A stretch of 64,000 nt of DNA, from positions 880,681 through 944,680 of the forward strand of contig JAIXQG010000002.1 of NCBI GenBank assembly GCA_027485835.1. The letters are read 5' to 3'. Shown one piece after another: positions 35,853 to 44,722 of this stretch. The notes beneath the pieces were generated by a model. The model had not been told where the DNA came from, searched no databases, and was given only the letters and a program-made list of their open reading frames with translations. Positions within the stretch are counted from its first letter, which is position 1. The number at the start of each line of letters is the position of its first letter. Origin of the DNA: Alphaproteobacteria bacterium. Its GTDB lineage: Bacteria; Pseudomonadota; Alphaproteobacteria; UBA2136; UBA6156. The position numbers were made by a program, and so were the translations under genes.

Positions 35853-37298
35853 ATGATGTACCGGATAGGCAAGAATGTACAAGTTGGCATGCTGGCAATT
35901 GGGTTTGCGGCGTTGTTGAGTGTTGCGCATGCGGCACTTGACCCTGATGTAAGCGATTTTGATGCGAGCACGACTGCTGCTGCTGCAGATGGCGTGGAAC
36001 AGTTGAACAAAGCGGCGGAACAGGCCACACAGTGCCAGAAAGCCATAGCTGAAGTGAATGAAGCCTTAGAAAAAGGACGATATGAACGCGCGGAAACCTT
36101 GAAGAAGAAGAAGGATGCGATTTGTGAGCAGACGTATTCCGCTGAGAAAGAGAATTTACCTAAGCCTGAGACTAAGGAAGAGACTGTTCCGGCCGCTACG
36201 AACCCTATGGGTGCCGATGCGCGGGATAGTGAAAATTACTATCAGGAAGGTTTTGCCGGGCGTCAGCGCAATACCAAGGAAATGACCTACGTGACCTTTG
36301 AGGAAGCTAAAGATAAGAACCTGCCGTATGGTTGGACCGAAAGTACGCGTACCAGCGATTTTGGACCGCGTACATCTGTGCCGACTGCGAATGGAGGATT
36401 TTCTTCGAGTGACCACAAAGGTGAGGATTACTCGATTGGTGGGGGATTGACCGAAGGGACGGATATTTACTCCAACCAGAACGGTAAAGTTGTTTATGCG
36501 GGTGAAAAAGGTGCTTATGGCAAGACAGTTATTGTTGAGGACGACAATGGTAACCAGACCCAATATAGCCACTTGAGCGATATTAACGTGAATGTGGGAG
36601 ACAAGGTGACAACCGGTTACCAGATTGGTGATGCCGGTGCGACCGGGAACTCTACTGCTGCCCACCTGCACTATGGTGAGATTGCGAATGGCAGCTACGT
36701 GAACCCTGCCACCAGCAGTGGGATTAAGAATTACGATGTCGCTTCGGTCAATGCGTGGGCCGATAACTCGGTGGCTTCCGGCGGGTATTCGGCAACGGCT
36801 GGTAGCGGCGGCTCGACCGGAAGTGGTACGGGTGGTTCGGGTGTCAGCGCCAACAGTGGCTTGGGGAGCGATTTGATAAGCTCGCTGACTGGTAGCGGGT
36901 CGTCCAGTGGGTTTGAGTCTTTGATCCAGCAATTGTTCGGCGGTGGTTCTTCGGGTGGTAGCGGCGGTAGTTCTGAGACGGCATCTTCGGGTACCTCCGG
37001 CAGCTCGTCTGACGGAACGGCGGCGTCGGAGTTAGTGGTGAAAACGGTGACGGAAGTGGCCGCCAATGGTGATACCACCCGCACGACCACCTACGCTGAC
37101 GGACGCACAGAAACGCTGACGGTGAAGGCCACGGCAAGTACCAGCGAACAGTTGAGCGCCTTGCTGGTGTCGGTATTGGGTGAGGAAAAGGCTGTGAGTG
37201 TTATGGAATCGATTCAGGCACTGTGCGGCAGTAACCTTTCTACCAGCGCGGATGCGGACATGTTGAAGGTGAGCCAGTGCCAGTCGTCTTCGGTATAG
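35853..37298 (+). CDS. Secreted modular peptidoglycan hydrolase. Signal peptide, conserved N-module, M23 (LytM) metallopeptidase domain, Gly/Ser linker, conserved C-module.
   Basis: M23 motifs HKGEDYSIGG ... GKVVYAGEKGAYGKTVIVEDDNGNQTQYSHL ... AAHLHYGE. RBS GGAGAAGGA upstream of ATG 35853. Confidence 0.75.
   Translation: MMYRIGKNVQVGMLAIGFAALLSVAHAALDPDVSDFDASTTAAAADGVEQLNKAAEQATQCQKAIAEVNEALEKGRYERAETLKKKKDAICEQTYSAEKENLPKPETKEETVPAATNPMGADARDSENYYQEGFAGRQRNTKEMTYVTFEEAKDKNLPYGWTESTRTSDFGPRTSVPTANGGFSSSDHKGEDYSIGGGLTEGTDIYSNQNGKVVYAGEKGAYGKTVIVEDDNGNQTQYSHLSDINVNVGDKVTTGYQIGDAGATGNSTAAHLHYGEIANGSYVNPATSSGIKNYDVASVNAWADNSVASGGYSATAGSGGSTGSGTGGSGVSANSGLGSDLISSLTGSGSSSGFESLIQQLFGGGSSGGSGGSSETASSGTSGSSSDGTAASELVVKTVTEVAANGDTTRTTTYADGRTETLTVKATASTSEQLSALLVSVLGEEKAVSVMESIQALCGSNLSTSADADMLKVSQCQSSSV
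35997..36157 (+). repeat. ~160-bp direct repeat (copy 2)
   Basis: Direct nucleotide comparison with 34523-34684. Confidence 0.85.
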
Positions 37299-37359
37299 CA
37301 TTGTGATGAGTTGAGAAGGGTGGCGTGGCCACCCTTCTTGTTAGGTGCTAGGATAGCCC

Positions 37360-37590
37360 ATGATGGAAGCCGGAACCCTTTTACAGGTGCGTGTGACGCC
37401 GAAGGCGGCGGCCGATAGGCTGGTTGTGGAGGAGGGGAATTATCGGATTTATGTGACCGCCGTGCCCGAGGATGGCAAGGCCAATAAAGCGGTGATAGCC
37501 CTGCTGGCGAAGCACCTGGGAATTGCCAAAAGCAAGCTGGAATTGGTGAGGGGCGAGACGGCGCGGGACAAGGTATTTCGGATTTTATGA
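37360..37590 (+). CDS. YggU/DUF167 family protein
   Basis: ...YRIYVTAVPEDGKANKAVIALLAKHLGIAKSKLELVRGETARDKVFRI. Confidence 0.7.
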   Translation: MMEAGTLLQVRVTPKAAADRLVVEEGNYRIYVTAVPEDGKANKAVIALLAKHLGIAKSKLELVRGETARDKVFRIL

Positions 37591-37677
37591 AGTATTCCGC
37601 AATTATTTGGTTGTGGGTGCTAGTATTTTAGGCAGATTGCCCTTATGTAGGGGGTAGTTAAATAGAGGATCTCCGAC

Positions 37678-39084
37678 ATGGTAGAGCGTAAAGGGCCTGC
37701 AAAGGGCAAATTTGGTGGCGGTTTTTCGGGTCCGCGTGCAGGCGGGGCCGGTGGCGCCCGTGGTGGTTACAAGGCTGGTGGCAGCCGTGAAGGTGGGTTT
37801 GACCGTAAACCCCGCGAAGGTGGTTACGACCGCAAGCCGCGCGAAGGTGGTGAGCGTAGCTACGCACCGCGCGCCGATGGTGAGCGCAAGCCTTATGTAA
37901 AGCGTGAAGGCGGTTTTGACCGCAAGCCGCGTGAAGGTGGTTACGAGCGCAAAAGCTTTGGTGATGGTGAGCGTAAGCCTTACGTGAAGCGCGAAGGCAG
38001 CAGCTACGAGCGTAAACCCCGTGAAGGCGGCGAGCGTAGCTATGCGCCGCGTGGCGATGGTGAGCGTCGCCCTTATACCCCGCGTGAAGGCGGTTACGAC
38101 CGTAAACCGCGTGAGGGTGGTTACGAGCGCAAGAGCTTTGGCGATGGCGAGCGTAAGCCTTACGTGAAGCGTGAGGGCGGTTTTGACCGTAAGCCGCGTG
38201 AAGGTGGTTATGAGCGCAAGAGCTTTGGCGACGGCGAGCGCAAGCCGTATGTGAAGCGTGAGGGTGGGTTTGACCGTGCTCCGCGTGAAAACCGCGGTGA
38301 AGGCAAGCCGGCGAATTTTTCGGAAAAGCGGACCATCAAGCGCGACCGCAGCACCCCTGACGAAAAGCTGCTGATGGGTGGCGACGGCTGGTTGGTAGGT
38401 TACCATGCCGTGCTGGCCGCCCTGACCGCCGGCCGCCGCAAGGTGCGCAAGGTATGGCTGTTGAGCGAAGCCCAAGGCGAACTGGCGACCCTTTTGGAAA
38501 AGCACAGTGATTGGGATGTTGAGATTAAGTCTAAGCCCGAATTTGAGCGTGAGTTTGGCGATGTGGTTCACCAAGGTGTGGCCGCGCTGGTGGGTAACCT
38601 GCCGCAGCCGAGCCTGCCCGAGTTGCTGAGCAGCAAGCCGAAGCTGATTATCGCGCTGGACCAGATTACCGACCCGCACAACTTGGGTGCCATTGTACGC
38701 AGTGCGGCTGCCTTTGGCGCTGCTGGCGTGCTGGTGACCGAGCACCGCGCAGCTGGCCTGAACCTGACCGCTGCCAAGGTGGCTGCCGGTGCCATGGAAG
38801 TGGTACCCGTGGTGGAAGTGACCAACCTTGTGCAAAGCCTGACCATGATGCAGGAAGCCGGTTACACCGTGCTGGGTATGGCCGGTGAAGCCGAGACCGA
38901 GATTGGTGACGTGAACGCCAAGGGCCCCGTGTGCTTGGTGATGGGCAGTGAAGGCGAAGGCCTGCGCCGCCTGACCCGCGAAACCTGCGACACGCTGGTG
39001 AAGATTCAGATTTCTGCCGCCATGGAGAGTTTGAATGTATCTGTCGCTACTGGCGTCGCGTTGTCGATTCTGACCCGCAAGTAA
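37678..39084 (+). CDS. rlmB: 23S rRNA (guanosine-2'-O)-methyltransferase RlmB with a long N-terminal Arg/Gly/Glu-rich repeat extension
   Basis: C-terminal SpoU methylase domain (VGYHAV ... LDQITDPHNLGAIVRSA ... LVMGSEGEGL). The N-terminus has ~5 imperfect 29-aa repeats. Confidence 0.85.
   Translation: MVERKGPAKGKFGGGFSGPRAGGAGGARGGYKAGGSREGGFDRKPREGGYDRKPREGGERSYAPRADGERKPYVKREGGFDRKPREGGYERKSFGDGERKPYVKREGSSYERKPREGGERSYAPRGDGERRPYTPREGGYDRKPREGGYERKSFGDGERKPYVKREGGFDRKPREGGYERKSFGDGERKPYVKREGGFDRAPRENRGEGKPANFSEKRTIKRDRSTPDEKLLMGGDGWLVGYHAVLAALTAGRRKVRKVWLLSEAQGELATLLEKHSDWDVEIKSKPEFEREFGDVVHQGVAALVGNLPQPSLPELLSSKPKLIIALDQITDPHNLGAIVRSAAAFGAAGVLVTEHRAAGLNLTAAKVAAGAMEVVPVVEVTNLVQSLTMMQEAGYTVLGMAGEAETEIGDVNAKGPVCLVMGSEGEGLRRLTRETCDTLVKIQISAAMESLNVSVATGVALSILTRK
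37770..38290 (+). repeat. Tandem ~87-bp coding repeats (EGGYERKSFGDGERKPYVKREGGFDRKPR units)
   Basis: Visible periodicity in the protein and the DNA. Confidence 0.8.
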
Positions 39085-39243
39085 GCTTTATAAGCGAGGA
39101 AACGGCGCCCTGTGGGGCGCTGTTTTTGGCTTGGGGTTGTTTTTTGGGGAGGTGGGGCCTATCTGATAGATAGGCACATTCTTTAATTGACCTTTTTGGC
39201 GCCCGTGATGGGAGGATGTGCAGTGGCTTCATGGCTAGGAGAT

Positions 39244-39654
39244 ATGAACATGAAGAGTGCTTTGATGACGGCTGTGGCCGTATTTTTTGTTGCTGGTTCG
39301 GTTTCGGTATTCGCGCAGGATGCGACGGTTTCGGCCTGCGAGTTCGAAGGGGCGAAAGGCTCTTCGAACTATGAATGCTTGGCGGCGGCACAGGTGACTT
39401 TCCAGAAACTGGCGGCTGATGCTGCAGAGGGTGATACGACCAAGGCTTCCGACGTCTACGTCGAGCTTCTCGAGAAGACCAAAAGCTTCCAAACCCTGGT
39501 GGCGTCGCTTGATACGGCGGAACTCGGCAAGGGCCAGCCACTCCGGCAGAATGTCGAGGCGGCTAACAAGGTTGTTGCCAAGGCGATCTCGGCCGTTGAT
39601 AAGCTGACGACGGCGGCCGTAAAGGCGCATGCGATTCAGCTGCCGAAGAAATAG
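39244..39654 (+). CDS. Small secreted protein, hypothetical
   Basis: Signal peptide MKSALMTAVAVFFVAGSVSVFAQ. Confidence 0.5.
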   Translation: MNMKSALMTAVAVFFVAGSVSVFAQDATVSACEFEGAKGSSNYECLAAAQVTFQKLAADAAEGDTTKASDVYVELLEKTKSFQTLVASLDTAELGKGQPLRQNVEAANKVVAKAISAVDKLTTAAVKAHAIQLPKK

Positions 39655-39671
39655 CTTTCGTTAACGTTTAT

Positions 39672-39712
39672 TAAAAAGGGCTGGGGTCATATGACTCCGG
39701 CCCCTTTTTTTG
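39672..39712 (+). terminator. Rho-independent terminator with a palindromic catatg loop
   Basis: aaaaagggctggggtcatatgactccggcccctttttttt. Confidence 0.6.
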
Positions 39713-39833
39713 GTGAGGGCTTGTTTTGCGGTGGATTGGGCCTATCTGGTTAGGGAAAACGCATCTTTAGTCCTTTTGGGCACCAATGAAGGGTGATGCG
39801 TGGCTATGTTCCGAAAAAAATGGAGATTCGGGA

Positions 39834-40439
39834 ATGTTTACTAAGTTTTTTATGGTTGCTGGTTTGGTGTTCGCGGCGTCTTCCTCGGCATTTGCGGGGA
39901 TTGGCACGTTCGCCGATGTCGGCGGCCTTTCTTCGAGGGACGCCGATTTGTCGAGCACTTACAATGCGCCGATGCCGAATAACGGCAATCCTCACTCGGA
40001 GGAATCCAGCGATGACATGGCTCTCGATGCGGATGACATTTGCTCTCTCAATGACGAGGGTACTCGCTTCACCTGCAGGCGTGAGTTCGTACCTGAGGGG
40101 GCTCCGAAGTTTTACGGAGAGTACGGTGGGACTTATAGCTGTTCGTTCAAGATCGAGCTCGACTTCTTCTCTTGCTGGCGGGAGGGGTTCCGCCTGATGG
40201 CCGACATCGAGCGTTTGCTTGAGACCGGCAAGGCATCGGGTAAGCTCGATGCCATCATCGCGCTCGACCTGATGGACGAGAACGCGCTCGCGTTCATGGC
40301 CAAGCGCTTCGACGGCGAGGCCGAGGAGAAGCGCATTATGTTCTTCAAGACTTACTTCACGCTGAAGGACAAAGTTAATGGTACGCGGGTGTATCTGGAT
40401 TTCAATGAAATGCAGAGGGCGTTCGGTCTTTATAATTAA
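39834..40439 (+). CDS. Secreted protein, hypothetical (Cys-containing)
   Basis: Signal peptide MFTKFFMVAGLVFAASSSAFA. RBS GGAG 8 nt upstream. Confidence 0.5.
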   Translation: MFTKFFMVAGLVFAASSSAFAGIGTFADVGGLSSRDADLSSTYNAPMPNNGNPHSEESSDDMALDADDICSLNDEGTRFTCRREFVPEGAPKFYGEYGGTYSCSFKIELDFFSCWREGFRLMADIERLLETGKASGKLDAIIALDLMDENALAFMAKRFDGEAEEKRIMFFKTYFTLKDKVNGTRVYLDFNEMQRAFGLYN

Positions 40440-40461
40440 CGCTTTGCGCGTTTGCGAATGG

Positions 40462-40502
40462 CAAAAGGGCCGGTACATGACGTACCGGCCCTTCGGCTTT
40501 TG
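40462..40502. terminator. Bidirectional hairpin terminator (catga loop)
   Basis: aaaagggccggtacatgacgtaccggccctt. Confidence 0.6.
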
Positions 40503-40509
40503 AGGAAGC

Positions 40510-40812
40510 TTAGGCTTGCTTGGCGAGGCGCTTGACGATCTCGTTACGCAGCTTGGTGGCGGCGGCGGAGAAGCCTTCGCGGACGCGTACGTTACGTACT
40601 TGAGCCATGTAACCATCGAAACCGTTGTACTTATCCAGAGTGCGGATAGCGCGGGCGGTGAGCGTAAGGGTTACGCTGCGGCCCAGAATCTCGCTCTGGT
40701 AGGTTTTGGTTTGCAGGTTGGGGCGGAAGGTACGCTTGGTACGACGGTTGGAGTGGGACACGTTGTTACCAACGCCCACTTTGCTTCCAGTAATTTCACA
40801 TACGCGCGACAT
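40510..40812 (-). CDS. rpmB: 50S ribosomal protein L28
   Basis: MSRVCEITGSKVGVGNNVSHSNRRTKRTFRPNLQ. Confidence 0.9.
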   Translation of the reverse strand: MSRVCEITGSKVGVGNNVSHSNRRTKRTFRPNLQTKTYQSEILGRSVTLTLTARAIRTLDKYNGFDGYMAQVRNVRVREGFSAAATKLRNEIVKRLAKQA

Positions 40813-40888
40813 GGCACTAATCCTCGTTAATTAGGGGCGATTTACGGGTTTGGGGACGGATTGTCAACAGTAAAATGCGCTTTTGGGG

Positions 40889-41911
40889 TTATTCCGCCGG
40901 TTGGGAGATGGTCGCGGAGCAGCGCAGGCTGTGATAAAGGCCGAGGTGAGTTTGTAAGCTAATGACATCGTTATATTTTACGAGCTCCAGGTTGCTGAGG
41001 GGGGCGCCGAAGCCGTGGAGGACCACGGTAAGTACGGGGGCGGTGAGCACGGGCTCGCCCTCGGCGACCACGGTGGTGGGCTGGCAGGGGAGGTCGATAC
41101 TGCGGAAGGGCTCGGTCAGCGGGTAGGTGAGAGTGAGGTTGTAGAAGAAATTGCCGAGAACGACGGCCAGAGCGCAGGTAAGGGTGCCCAACGCCAGTAT
41201 GTAGGCCGGAATGCGCGGAAAGCGCAGCATGACTTGCGTGAGGAGCGCGGCGCTGGAAAGGGCGATCGCACCGGCGATGAGGATGTCTGTGGGGAAATGC
41301 GCCCCCAGCATGATGCGTGAGAGACCGAGGACGAAGCCCATACCGAGGCCGGTGGCCAAAAAGGCTTTGGCGAGGCGCGGCTTGCGGCGGCGTAGCGGAA
41401 AGAACGGGGCGGCGAGCACGAAGCCTACGGCGGCGTGGCCGGAGGGCATGCTGTTGCCGCGGAAGCTGTCGGCCGTTAGGTCTTGCGGAGTTTGCGCGAC
41501 GATGACATCGCGCGGGCGGGGGCGGTCGGCGAGGTTTTTGACGAGAATTTGGTTGAACAGGCCGGTGCCGAGCACGAGGCTGAGAGTAAACACGGCCGCA
41601 ACTTGGTAGAGAGTGGGCCGTTTGCGCCAGAGGCCCGGCCAAAACAGGCAGATGAGGCCTGCGAGGCCGAGTATCATGGCGGGGTAGGGGCCGTAGCGGC
41701 GAAGGAGCTTGGTAAAAGTGTTGCCGCCGTCGATGTGCAGGGTGTGGACGAGGGTGTGGTCGAGCCCCGTGAGTGCCAATAGCAGTGCGGCACCGCCGAA
41801 AAGGCCCCAGATGAGGGCTTGCTCGCGGAGCATCTGTTGGGGTGTATGAACGGTTGCTTGGTGAGCAGAAGGGTTGACCAGACGGGGCGGGGTGGGCAGC
41901 ATGGTGGGCAT
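40889..41911 (-). CDS. PAP2-family membrane phosphatase with a C-terminal extension; candidate lipid A phosphatase (LpxE/LpxF-like)
   Basis: All three PAP2 motifs: KNLADRPRP, PSGH, SRIMLGAHFPTD. Confidence 0.7.
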   Translation of the reverse strand: MPTMLPTPPRLVNPSAHQATVHTPQQMLREQALIWGLFGGAALLLALTGLDHTLVHTLHIDGGNTFTKLLRRYGPYPAMILGLAGLICLFWPGLWRKRPTLYQVAAVFTLSLVLGTGLFNQILVKNLADRPRPRDVIVAQTPQDLTADSFRGNSMPSGHAAVGFVLAAPFFPLRRRKPRLAKAFLATGLGMGFVLGLSRIMLGAHFPTDILIAGAIALSSAALLTQVMLRFPRIPAYILALGTLTCALAVVLGNFFYNLTLTYPLTEPFRSIDLPCQPTTVVAEGEPVLTAPVLTVVLHGFGAPLSNLELVKYNDVISLQTHLGLYHSLRCSATISQPAE

Positions 41912-43472
41912 GATACGCACAAAACTCCAACAAAACCACCTGCCAACACCGAAAGCTGCCGCGCAAGTGAACTGGCAACGCACCCTGACCCAAGGCTGGG
42001 GGTTGGTGTGGCTGCTGACGTTGGCGGTGTTGCTGGTACGGGTGGCGTATGTGCAGTTTTACCACCCCTACGGATTGGCGCCGGATGAAGCCCAGTACTG
42101 GAGCTGGCTGGCGCATAACGACTGGAGTTTTTTGACCAAGCCGCCGCTGACGACGTGGTTGATAGGGATTTCGACTTTTTTACTCGGTGATACCTTATTA
42201 GGTGTGAAGCTGTTTGCTTTGCTGGGGCAGGCAACGGTGAGCGTGTTGGGGTACGCGATAGCGCGTAAGGTAGCCGGGCGTGAGGCCGGTTGGTGGGCGT
42301 GGATTTTGCTGACTACCGCGCCGTTGATTGCGGGGGGCGGGTTGATTATGAGCCCCGATGCGATTCTGTTACCGCTTTGGCTGGGTGTAATGTTGAGCAT
42401 GGTACGGGCGTTTGGTAAAAACGATGAGAAGGCGTTGTGCTGGGGCCGGTGGTTGCTGATTGGGGCTCTGATTGGGTTGGGTGGTTTGGCAAAGTACAGC
42501 GCGGCGGCATTTTACCCGTTGCTAGGTGTGTTTTTGCTGGTGTTTAAGCGCGAGTGGTTGTTGCGGCCACAGGTTTGGGTGAGTGGGCTGGTGGCGTTGG
42601 CGTTTCAGTTGCCGGTGCTCATTTGGAACATGCAGAACGATTGGGTTGGCCTAGGCCATGTGCTGTGGCAGGCCGGAGGGGCGAATGATGAGCGTCATGG
42701 CGGTTTGGCGACCTTGGGTGAGTATGTGGGCGCGCAGGCGCTGGTATTGGGGCCGGTGGTATTTTGCTTTGTGGTGTGGGCGCTGACGCGGTGCCTGAAG
42801 CGTGAAGATTTGGCGACGCGTTGGCTGGTGTGGGTGGCGGTGGCGATTCTGGCGGCCTTTGCAGTGCTTAGCCTGACCACTAAAGTGCAGGCCAACTGGC
42901 CGGTGTTGGGCAGTGTGGTGGCACTGATTGTGTTGGCTATCTGGCTTGGTAAGGCGGGGCAGGGCCGTGGCAAGCACTGGTGGGTGCTATGGGTGATGGG
43001 TTTTGGGATTGTGCTGAACAGCGTGTTGAGCGTGATGTTGATGGACACCTACCGTGCGCGGTACGCTGGGCTGTTGCCGCTGAAGCCGAAAAACGACCCG
43101 ACCAAGGACCTGCGTGGGTGGGAGGATATAGGTAATATTTTAGGATTATTGCTGTACAAGCTGGATAACCCGCTGGTGCTGAGCAGCCGCTACCAGACGC
43201 TGGCGCCCCTGATGTTCCATACCCCCGGCAGCCCCGAGTTTGCCTATATGAATGCCGAAGACAAGCGTTTGAACGAGTATGACCTGTGGCCGAAGCCTGA
43301 GCTGAAGGGGCGTTTGGTGGTGTATGTATCCGAAAAGAACGTGTTGCCCGAGAAGGTGAAGGCGCTGTTTACTACCTGTGCGCCGTGGCACACGTTGGGC
43401 GTGGAGGAGTATGGAGTGGAGACGCGGCGGATATCTACTTGGATATGTTGGGGTGGGCGTGGTTCTTACTAA
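41910..43472 (+). CDS. ArnT/PMT-like glycosyltransferase (GT83/GT39 family), candidate lipid A glycosyltransferase
   Basis: Multi-TM N-terminal domain of the ArnT family (...YHPYGLAPDEAQYWSW...). Divergent from the PAP2 gene. Confidence 0.7.
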   Translation: MIRTKLQQNHLPTPKAAAQVNWQRTLTQGWGLVWLLTLAVLLVRVAYVQFYHPYGLAPDEAQYWSWLAHNDWSFLTKPPLTTWLIGISTFLLGDTLLGVKLFALLGQATVSVLGYAIARKVAGREAGWWAWILLTTAPLIAGGGLIMSPDAILLPLWLGVMLSMVRAFGKNDEKALCWGRWLLIGALIGLGGLAKYSAAAFYPLLGVFLLVFKREWLLRPQVWVSGLVALAFQLPVLIWNMQNDWVGLGHVLWQAGGANDERHGGLATLGEYVGAQALVLGPVVFCFVVWALTRCLKREDLATRWLVWVAVAILAAFAVLSLTTKVQANWPVLGSVVALIVLAIWLGKAGQGRGKHWWVLWVMGFGIVLNSVLSVMLMDTYRARYAGLLPLKPKNDPTKDLRGWEDIGNILGLLLYKLDNPLVLSSRYQTLAPLMFHTPGSPEFAYMNAEDKRLNEYDLWPKPELKGRLVVYVSEKNVLPEKVKALFTTCAPWHTLGVEEYGVETRRISTWICWGGRGSY

Positions 43473-43474
43473 AA

Positions 43475-43508
43475 AAGAAACCCCTCTGTTGAGGGGCTTC
43501 TTTTTTTG
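43475..43508. terminator. Bidirectional hairpin terminator
   Basis: aagaaacccctctgttgaggggcttcttttttt. Confidence 0.7.
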
Positions 43509-43516
43509 CATTTGGA

Positions 43517-44128
43517 TTACGCGAGGCCGATGGTTTGGCTGCTGAAGTTGAGGGTGTTGAGGCCGAGGAGTTGGGTGGCGGCGTTGTAGCGCTCGGCGGG
43601 GGGGACGTGAAAGAGGATTTCCGGCGTGGCGGGCGTTATGAGCCAGCTGTTGCTGTGGAGTTCGTGCTCTAATTGTCCGTGGTTCCAGCCCGCGTAGCCG
43701 AGGCAGAAATTGGCGTGTTTGGGGCCGTTGCCTCGCGCCATGTCGGTGACGATATCGGACTGGGCCGAGAGGGAAATTTCGGGGGTGAGGTCGATGGTCG
43801 ACTTCAGGGTATAATCCGGGCTGTGGAGGACGAAGCCGCGGGTGTTTTCCACCGGTCCGCCGCGGTAGATGATGGGCAGTGAGCGGGTGGTGATGGGTGA
43901 TTCGCGCCCTGCGGCGAGGATGTCTTCGATCCCCATGCTTTTCGCGATATCGGTAAAGTTGACGCGGGGCAGGGGCTGGTTGATGACGAAGCCCATCGAG
44001 CCTTCTTCGCCCTGATTGGCGATGTAGATCACCGCACGCTCGAAGAACGTGCCGTTCATTTCGGCCGTGGCCACCAGCAGGTGGTTACGCAGGTTGGTGA
44101 TGACGCCTTCTTCGGTAACGATGCTCAT
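43517..44128 (-). CDS. YqgE/AlgH family protein (UPF0301)
   Basis: Sequence pattern typical of AlgH/YqgE. Confidence 0.75.
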   Translation of the reverse strand: MSIVTEEGVITNLRNHLLVATAEMNGTFFERAVIYIANQGEEGSMGFVINQPLPRVNFTDIAKSMGIEDILAAGRESPITTRSLPIIYRGGPVENTRGFVLHSPDYTLKSTIDLTPEISLSAQSDIVTDMARGNGPKHANFCLGYAGWNHGQLEHELHSNSWLITPATPEILFHVPPAERYNAATQLLGLNTLNFSSQTIGLA

Positions 44129-44230
44129 GGGTGTAGCGTGAGACGGCGGCGGCGGCCTGTCAATCAGGATATTTTACATTCCGGCAGGGAACTTTGGCGC
44201 CTGTAAGGTTTTGTGTGCTGAAGTATTTGG

Positions 44231-44701
44231 TTAGGACTTAAACTTAAGTGACTGGGCGACCGCGAGTTTATCCACCCGCTCGTTCTCGGCGTGGCCGGCG
44301 TGGCCTTTGACCCAGATCCAGTCGATTTTATGCGGTTTGGCGGCGGCGTCGAGGGCTTCCCAGTACTCGCGGTTTTCCACCGGCTTGTTCTGGCTGTTCT
44401 TCCAGCCCTTGCGTTTCCAGCCCGGCATCCATTCGGTGATGCCTTTGATGACGTATTGGCTGTCGGTGTGCAGCTTCACCTTACAGGGTTTGGTGAGGGC
44501 TTTGAGAGCCTCGGTGGCGGCGGTGAGCTCCATGCGGTTGTTGGTGGTTTCTTTTGCGCCGCCGGAGAGTTCTTTCTCTAAAGTGCCGAACCTTATGAGC
44601 GCGCCCCAGCCGCCCGGACCTGGGTTGCCGGAGCAGGCGCCGTCGGTAAATACATGGACTATTGGCAAATCGGTGGCGGTAAGGGCTGGTTTTTCAGTCA
44701 T
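44231..44701 (-). CDS. rnhA: Ribonuclease HI
   Basis: [20 protein letters not shown] ... [14 protein letters not shown]. Confidence 0.9.
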   Translation of the reverse strand: MTEKPALTATDLPIVHVFTDGACSGNPGPGGWGALIRFGTLEKELSGGAKETTNNRMELTAATEALKALTKPCKVKLHTDSQYVIKGITEWMPGWKRKGWKNSQNKPVENREYWEALDAAAKPHKIDWIWVKGHAGHAENERVDKLAVAQSLKFKS

Positions 44702-44722
44702 GCATCGTCTATATCATGACTT

